This document shows, one piece after another, positions 57,817 to 64,000 of a DNA stretch of 64,000 nt. The position numbers were made by a program, and so were the translations under genes. The DNA is from the human T2T-CHM13v2.0 reference genome, Homo sapiens. The stretch lies in NCBI RefSeq assembly GCF_009914755.1, contig NC_060944.1. One strand, written 5' to 3'. The notes beneath the pieces are model-generated. The model was not told the origin of the DNA and did not search any database. It worked only from the letters and a program-made list of their open reading frames with translations. How positions within the stretch are numbered: position 1 is the stretch's first letter; every line of letters begins with the position of its first letter.

Positions 57817-58116
57817 TTTTATTTATTTATTTATTTTGAGATGGAGTTTTGCTCTTTTTGCCCAGGCTACAGTGCAATGGTGCCAACCTCGCCTCACTGC
57901 AACCTCTGCCTCCTGGGTTCAAGCGATTCTCCTGCCTTGGCCTCCCGAATAGCTGGGATTACAGACATGCGCCACCACACCCGTCTAATTTTGTATTTTT
58001 AGTAGAGACGGGGTTTCTCCATGTTGGTCAGGCTGGTCTCGAACTCCCGACCTAGATATCTGCCTGCCTTGGCCTCCCAAAGTGCTGGGATTACAGGTGT
58101 GAGCCACCGCGCCCAG
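57817..58116 (-). mobile_element. AluSp-like
   Basis: TTTCTCCATGTTGGTCAGGCTGG diagnostic. Confidence 0.93.
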
Positions 58117-58177
58117 ATGAATTCCAAATTTAACAAAGCAGACTAAGAGAAACAATTCATTTAAAAAAATAATATTT

Positions 58178-58475
58178 GGCCAGGCATGGTGGCTCACACC
58201 TATAATCCCAGCACTTTGGGAGGCTGAGGTGAGTGGATCAGGAGGTCAGCAGTTCAAGACCAGCCTAGCCAAGATCATGAAACCCCGTCTCTACTAAAAA
58301 TACAAAAATCAGCCAGGCGTGGTGGCTGGTGCCTGTAATCCTAGCTGCTCAGGAGGCTGAGGCAGAGAACTGCTTGAACCTGGGAGGCGGAGGTTGCAGT
58401 GAGCCGAGATCGTGCCACTGCACTCCAGCCTGGGCGACAGAGTGAGGCTCCGTCTCAAAAAAAATAAATAAATAA
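58178..58475 (+). mobile_element. AluS
   Basis: Full dimer, head-to-head with the previous Alu. Confidence 0.95.
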
Positions 58476-58782
58476 TTCAATGAAATTCCTAAGATCCAGG
58501 GCTTTGCAATAAATATGTAAATAAATTTCCAATCTCCATACTGAAAGTTTAAAAGAAATGCTAACTAATAACTAAAGAAATACAACTTTTCCTCAGCTTT
58601 GCAGCAATCTAGAAACAAAGTGTGTAGACACTACAAAGCACCTTACAAGGAGAAACATGTAAGGATGGCATGACTCGCCGGCAGCCCTGGGATTGTCCAC
58701 GGTACCCCCATGATGAACAGTAACTCCACTGTGTAAACGCCCATGAACATAAGATTACAAGACTTTTCCAGTTTAGACATGC

Positions 58783-58848
58783 CATATTTTCTTTCAGACA
58801 ATTCTTCAGTTTGTTTACGTAGATCAGCGATACGATGATTCCATTTCT
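58783..58848 (-). pseudogene. GTF2IP: Unprocessed GTF2I/GTF2IRD2-derived exon remnant (start of an I-repeat)
   Basis: Minus strand TTTTCAG|AG AAA TGG AAT CAT CGT ATC GCT GAT CTA CGT AAA CAA ACT GAA GAA TTG TCT GAA AGA AAA TAT G|GCATGT = KWNHRIADLRKQTEELSERKY, versus recalled GTF2I [21 protein letters not shown]; 66-bp exon with intact acceptor. Confidence 0.85.
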
Positions 58849-59167
58849 CTGAAAACCAAGCAAAAGTTGCTTCTCAATAACACGTCCCTATGTCAGAGCA
58901 GCACTAACGTATAATGACTGATTTCATATATTTTACATTCTAACAGTCCATATCATTTTACTGCTTTCAAGAAAAAATTTCCCCTTCTTGGTGGTTCTTA
59001 GAATTGGTTTAATGGGAGACTATTAGAGAAGCTGAAAAGCAGGAGGGCAGAAAAGTTCAATCAAATTAAACACAATAACAGGGAGGTCACAATGAGGCGG
59101 TCTCCAGGGGTCTTTTAGCAAACTTCCTAAAACATGTCTCAGCTGTGTGAAATAAGACTTTACAGCA

Positions 59168-59470
59168 GCCGGGTGCAGTGGTGCAGGCCTGTAATCCCAG
59201 CACTTTGGCAGCAGAGGCAGGCGGATCACTTTGAGCTCAGGGCAACATAGCCAAAACCCCCCTCCCTAGCCCCACCCCCACCCCGTCCCTACCAAAAATA
59301 CAAAACAGCAGGGCATGGTGGCGGGCGCCTGTAGTCCCAGCTACTCAGGAGGCTGAGGCAGGAGAATCACCTGAACCCAGGAGGCAGACATTGCAGTGAG
59401 CCAAGATCACGCCACTGCCAGCCTGGATGACAGAGCAAGACTCCACCTCAAAAAAAACAAAAACAAAAAC
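59168..59470 (+). mobile_element. Alu with deleted left arm and C-rich insert
   Basis: Alu 5' end, shortened left monomer, C-rich stretch 59257-59289, normal right monomer. Confidence 0.9.
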
Positions 59471-59597
59471 ACAAGGTTAAGAGGGACCCCCGACCTTACA
59501 GATACAAGTTTAAGAGGGACCCCTAAGCAAAAAATGCCAACCCTTTTTCTCCCAATCATTGAAACACCAGGAGGGTGTAACAGTTTTGCAGCCTAGC

Positions 59598-60024
59598 TGT
59601 AGCAGGCTGATGCCCCCAAGATGCCCATATCCTAATCCCGGGAACTGGTGAACATGACCTTATATGGCAAAAGGAGCTTTGCAGATATAATGAAGTTAAG
59701 GGTCTTTGGCTTTTGGGGTTGATGTACTCACTCGGATCCTTGTAAGAGCAGAGCAGGTGATGGAGAGGGTGGGAGGTGTAGTGACAGAAGCAGGAAACTC
59801 CAGTCATTCGAGACGGGCAGCACAAGCTGCGGAGTGCAGGCCACCTCTACGGCCAGGAAACGGATTCTCCCGCAGAGCCTCGGAAGCTACCGACCCTGCT
59901 CCCACCTTGACTCAGTAGGACTTACTGTAGAATTCTGGCCTTCAGACCTGTAAGGGAATACATTTTGGTTGTTTTAAGTCACTAAGTGTGTGGTAATTTG
60001 TTGCAGCAGCCACAGGAAACTAGT
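59598..60024 (+). mobile_element. MLT1C/D-type LTR
   Basis: CCCCAAGATGCCCATATCCTAATCCC...TTTTAAGTCACTAAGTGTGTGGTAATTTGTTGCAGCAGCCACAGGAAACTA. Confidence 0.85.
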
Positions 60025-60056
60025 ATTGTAGTGAAGCCTCAAAACCCCCCTGAAGG

Positions 60057-60362
60057 GGCTGGGCTCAGTGGCTCATGCCTGTAATCCCAGCACTTTGGGA
60101 GGCCGAGATGGGTGGATCACTTGAGGTCAGGAGTTCGAGACCAGCCCAGCCAACATGGTGAAATGCCATCTATACAAAAAATACAAAAACTAGCCGGGCA
60201 TGGTGGCACATGCCTGTAATCTCAGCTACTCAGGAGGCTGAGACAGGAGAATTGTTTGAACCCAGGGGGGCAGAGGTTGCAGTGAACTGAGATTCCACCA
60301 CTGCACTCCAGCCTGGGTGACAGAGCGACGCTCCATCTCGAAAACAAAACAAAACAAAAAAA
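60057..60362 (+). mobile_element. AluS
   Basis: Full dimer with (CAAAA)n tail. Confidence 0.95.
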
Positions 60363-60540
60363 CCCCACCTGAAGGTTTCCAGTTCTGCCAGCACTCTCCC
60401 ACACAACCCCCAGAAACAGACATTCCATTGCTGTGGGCCATGGACAGGCAGAAGGAAGCACCTCCTCATGGCAGAGGCCTACCCAGGAGAAACCCAAGGG
60501 AAGGCACTACTGGGCTGGCCCCTCTCTGCCAAGGCCATAT

Positions 60541-60835
60541 TCTTTTTTTTTTTTTTTTGAGGCCAGTTTCACTCTGTCTCCCAGACTGGAGTGCAGGGGC
60601 ACAATCTCGGCTCACTTCGACCTCTGCCTCCCCAGTTCAAGTGATTCTCCTGCCTCAGTCTCCTGAGTAGCTGGGATGACAGGAGTGTAGCATGCCTAGC
60701 TAATTTTTGTATTTCTAGTAGAGATGCGGTTTTGCCATGTTGCCCAGGCTGGACTCGAACTCCTTGCCTCAAGTAGTCCACCTGTCTCAGCCCCGCAAAG
60801 TGCTGGTATTACAGGAGTGAGCCACTGCACCCAGC
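60541..60835 (-). mobile_element. Alu (J/S)
   Basis: Reverse dimer. Confidence 0.93.
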
Positions 60836-61620
60836 ATTTGCCAAGACCTTTGATGGCAGGCTTTTTCCAGGTGATCAGTCCTTGTCTGGTCTGGCTCTGC
60901 CCCACTCTCCTTCTCACCTAGTTGGAATCCCTAGCTACTTTTCAGTAGAGGAGAGTGTGTACCCCAATCCCAGCTTGGTTCAGATCTGCATTTAACTCAT
61001 GGAACCTGGCTGCTCCCCAGGTTCTGAAGAAAAAAACGGTCTCTCTGTGGGTATGATAAAGGATGGGCCTGTCCCCAGGACCCTGTGAGAGGGAAGCCCA
61101 ATGTCCCACCATGTTGGCAGGGCTGGGGAAGGGAAAGTGTTATGGCAGCCCCAAGAAAAAAAAGAGGCAGCAGAGGGAGCAGGACAGCGCTCACATGGAA
61201 CTCATGCCACTGCCTGAGGGGAGGGAGGAGTGCACGCCAGTGACGTCAGGGGGCAGAGAGGCACAGTTCCAGGGCGGCTTTCCCCCTCACTTCCTGCCAT
61301 GTTACTCTGATCGCCTCCAGGTGAGCCTGCCCACTTTGTGCCCAGGGGCCTGTAGAAAACCACAGCTCCCCATGGTTATGGCCCCAGGAGTGGGGCAGAG
61401 CAGGGAGGAGTCCTGGACAGAGGAGAGGCAGGGGCAGGAGGGAGTGGGCCTCAAACTCCAGGAGGGGGCCCTTCTCATGGGTCCTGCTTTCTGGCTTCTC
61501 CTTCCTTACCCCTGGGCTGATCACTTGGGGAAGAACTGAGACAAAGTTTCTCACCCTCAGGCCCAAAGGGTTTAATTACTGGGCCCTTAGGGAGGTGTGA
61601 GCCCCCTGAAAGGATGCAAG

Positions 61621-61922
<302 letters not shown>

Positions 61923-64000
61923 ACGATGAAAGGTTTTGTGTGGAGAGCATGTACATGCCTTTCTGGGAAAACAGTCCACAGCTCTTATTCTCAGCAGGCT
62001 TCACGGTGAAAAAAGGTTAGAACTCTTGCTACAGAGCTGTGGAAGCAGCCAGGTGAGGGGCCTGCCAAGGGCACTCTGGGCACTACCTGGGCACTCTCGA
62101 GCCCATCATCCCCTAGGCAGGCTGCACTGCTTGGTATTTGCAGAGCTGAGGGGGTGGGGCATGTGGGGACTGTGAAATCGCCCTGAGATGACCCACAGTC
62201 CTCAGCTAGGAAGTGAGCGCTGCATCTCCTGCAGCGTCCTCCATCCCTAGAGCCATGGGGCCAGGAGAACCGGTCCTTGCAGCAAGTGAAAAGCCTATTA
62301 TTGATTCCCTCCCTAGCCATGTAGACAGTGAACCAAGACACTCATATCAGGTAAATGCCTTGTTCTCTGTTACCAAGGTAACCAGTAGGCATTCCCAGAT
62401 ACAGCGAAGGTCCTCACACCAAGATATGCACCTGGCCACCTGAGGAAAGAGAAAGGACTATCTGAGGGGATGGGGCTGAGCTGGGTGTGGAGTGGTCCTT
62501 GTGGGTCTTGGAGAGTGGGAGGGGGAGCAGCATGAGCCAGGCCTCGAGGCAGAAGGACAACCAGGAGACAGCCTGGAAAAAGTGCTGGACCCACAAGGGC
62601 TCAAGGCTGGCCAGAGGGGAGGTGGGATAGGCTGTAAAGTCCTGAGGTCTGAAGATTGGCCCTGGCAGGAAGAAACCAGGTAAGGTGGGGTGTTACCTAC
62701 ACCCTCGGGGCCAGATGCAGGCCAGAGCCAGCCAATTACCAGGCCCTTAGGGAGGTGTGAGCCCCTTGAAATGATGCAAGGTTTTTTGTTTTTGTTTTGG
62801 AGACAGAGTTTCGCTCTTGTCACACAGGCTGGCACCTTTGCCCAGAGCAGGCACCAAGACTTCTGGCTCTGGGTGTGACCTCAGTCTGGGTAAAAGCCCC
62901 AGCCCCCACCAGCACCACCTACCCCCTAGACTACTTCAGGTGCTGAGCCCAAGCCAGGGGCAGGAAGCTAAACTGATGCCTAGGGTAATCCCAACAAAGT
63001 CCCTGGTTCCCCGCAGCTATGGGGCTGACGGGGAATTACAGCCCAAACCCCAGATGCTGGCTCTCAAACTAACACTGAGCCCTCAGTGCCCACAGGGAGA
63101 TACAATCAGCGCACTTTCCAGATGGGGAAATGGGATCAGAGAAGTGCAACAGCCTTGCCCAATGCCCCAGACCAGGGCTCCAGGCCCAGAGTGTTCTTTT
63201 GTCACTGTGTTCAGAGGGCAGCAGCTGCTGTGATGTACCCACCTGAGCCTGGCAGCTTTCTCCAACTTTGGAAGCCCAGGAGCATGGCCCCTGTCCACAG
63301 ATGCACCTGGCATGAGGCGTGCCCAGAGGGACAGAGGCAGATGAGTTTCGTCTCCTCCACTGGATTGTGAGGGCCTAGAAGGAGACAAGGGTCAGCTTGA
63401 GAAGGCAGTGAACAGCGAGCAGCCTGAGGCAGTGCCCCTCTGGATGGATGCGCAGTGCCTGGATGGAACCTGGCTCAGACAGAGCTCAGTTCTGCAGGTC
63501 CCTGAGGCATGGAGAGTTCACAGCTACCAAGTGTAGGAGTCTGGATTCAAAGCCAACGGCGTCACTCCAAAGTCCCTGCCCTAGCCCCTGGACCACCCTT
63601 GCAGGCCCATCAGATGCCCAGGCCAGCAGCACAGCTGGCCAAGACCAGGGAAACTTGGGGAGCCTCAGAGCACCCCTAGGTATTCCAACCTAACCCTGGT
63701 GCCCCGCCTCTCACCACCCTTCTTCCTGCTTTAACCTCAACCCTACACAAAGCCTGGGCCACTTAATGTGGCATCAAACAGATGCCTCAATAAATCAGTC
63801 TAATCTCGAAAAAAAAAAGACTTAACAGATATACAATTGCATGTTAGAATGCTAAAGACCATAAACATAGAACAACTTAAAGTACATATAAATTCAACAT
63901 ATATCCAATCATTGTAACTATGACACAGTAGAATATTAAAATACTATTTTCAAAATGTATACAAGCTTAATGTTCTATGTATTCAAACTATTTATTCAAA

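Noticed and set aside
63789-63818. AATAAA followed by A10, resembling a retrocopy 3' end
   Set aside because: CTCAATAAAT also matches an L2/MIR tail, and no upstream coding homology or TSD was found.
63819-64000. Possible SEPTIN14-pseudogene 3'-flank sequence
   Set aside because: Based only on recollection of neighbouring subtelomeric blocks; no septin coding sequence is visible in the window.

Overview
This window is the first 64 kb of a human (primate) chromosome end, read from the telomere inward. It opens with ~2.7 kb of (CCCTAA)n that has a proximal variant-repeat zone, followed by a TAR1 element carrying the 37/29/61-bp repeat CpG island (TERRA promoter, CTCF motifs). The rest is a subtelomeric segmental-duplication mosaic of Alu, L1, L2, MIR and ERV/MaLR LTR fragments. 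I can support no intact protein-coding gene. Gene-derived sequence is limited to a processed RPL23A pseudogene (with poly-A and target-site duplications, TSDs) and one unprocessed GTF2I/GTF2IRD2-type exon. Almost all ORFs in the track are Alu-, tandem-repeat- or chance-derived. I found no convincing new biological system. The items most worth checking are: a perfect spacer-less 100-bp palindrome (52690-52789); a 10 x 93-bp VNTR born across an MLT2 LTR terminus; a young AluYb8 next to TAR1; a two-block 29-bp promoter array in which only one block carries an NRF1-like site; a degenerate interstitial telomeric tract at ~17.6 kb; and a lost-start/gained-start RPL23A ORF. Repeat subfamily names come from recalled consensus motifs, not from a database search, and the specific chromosome arm cannot be assigned from the sequence alone.
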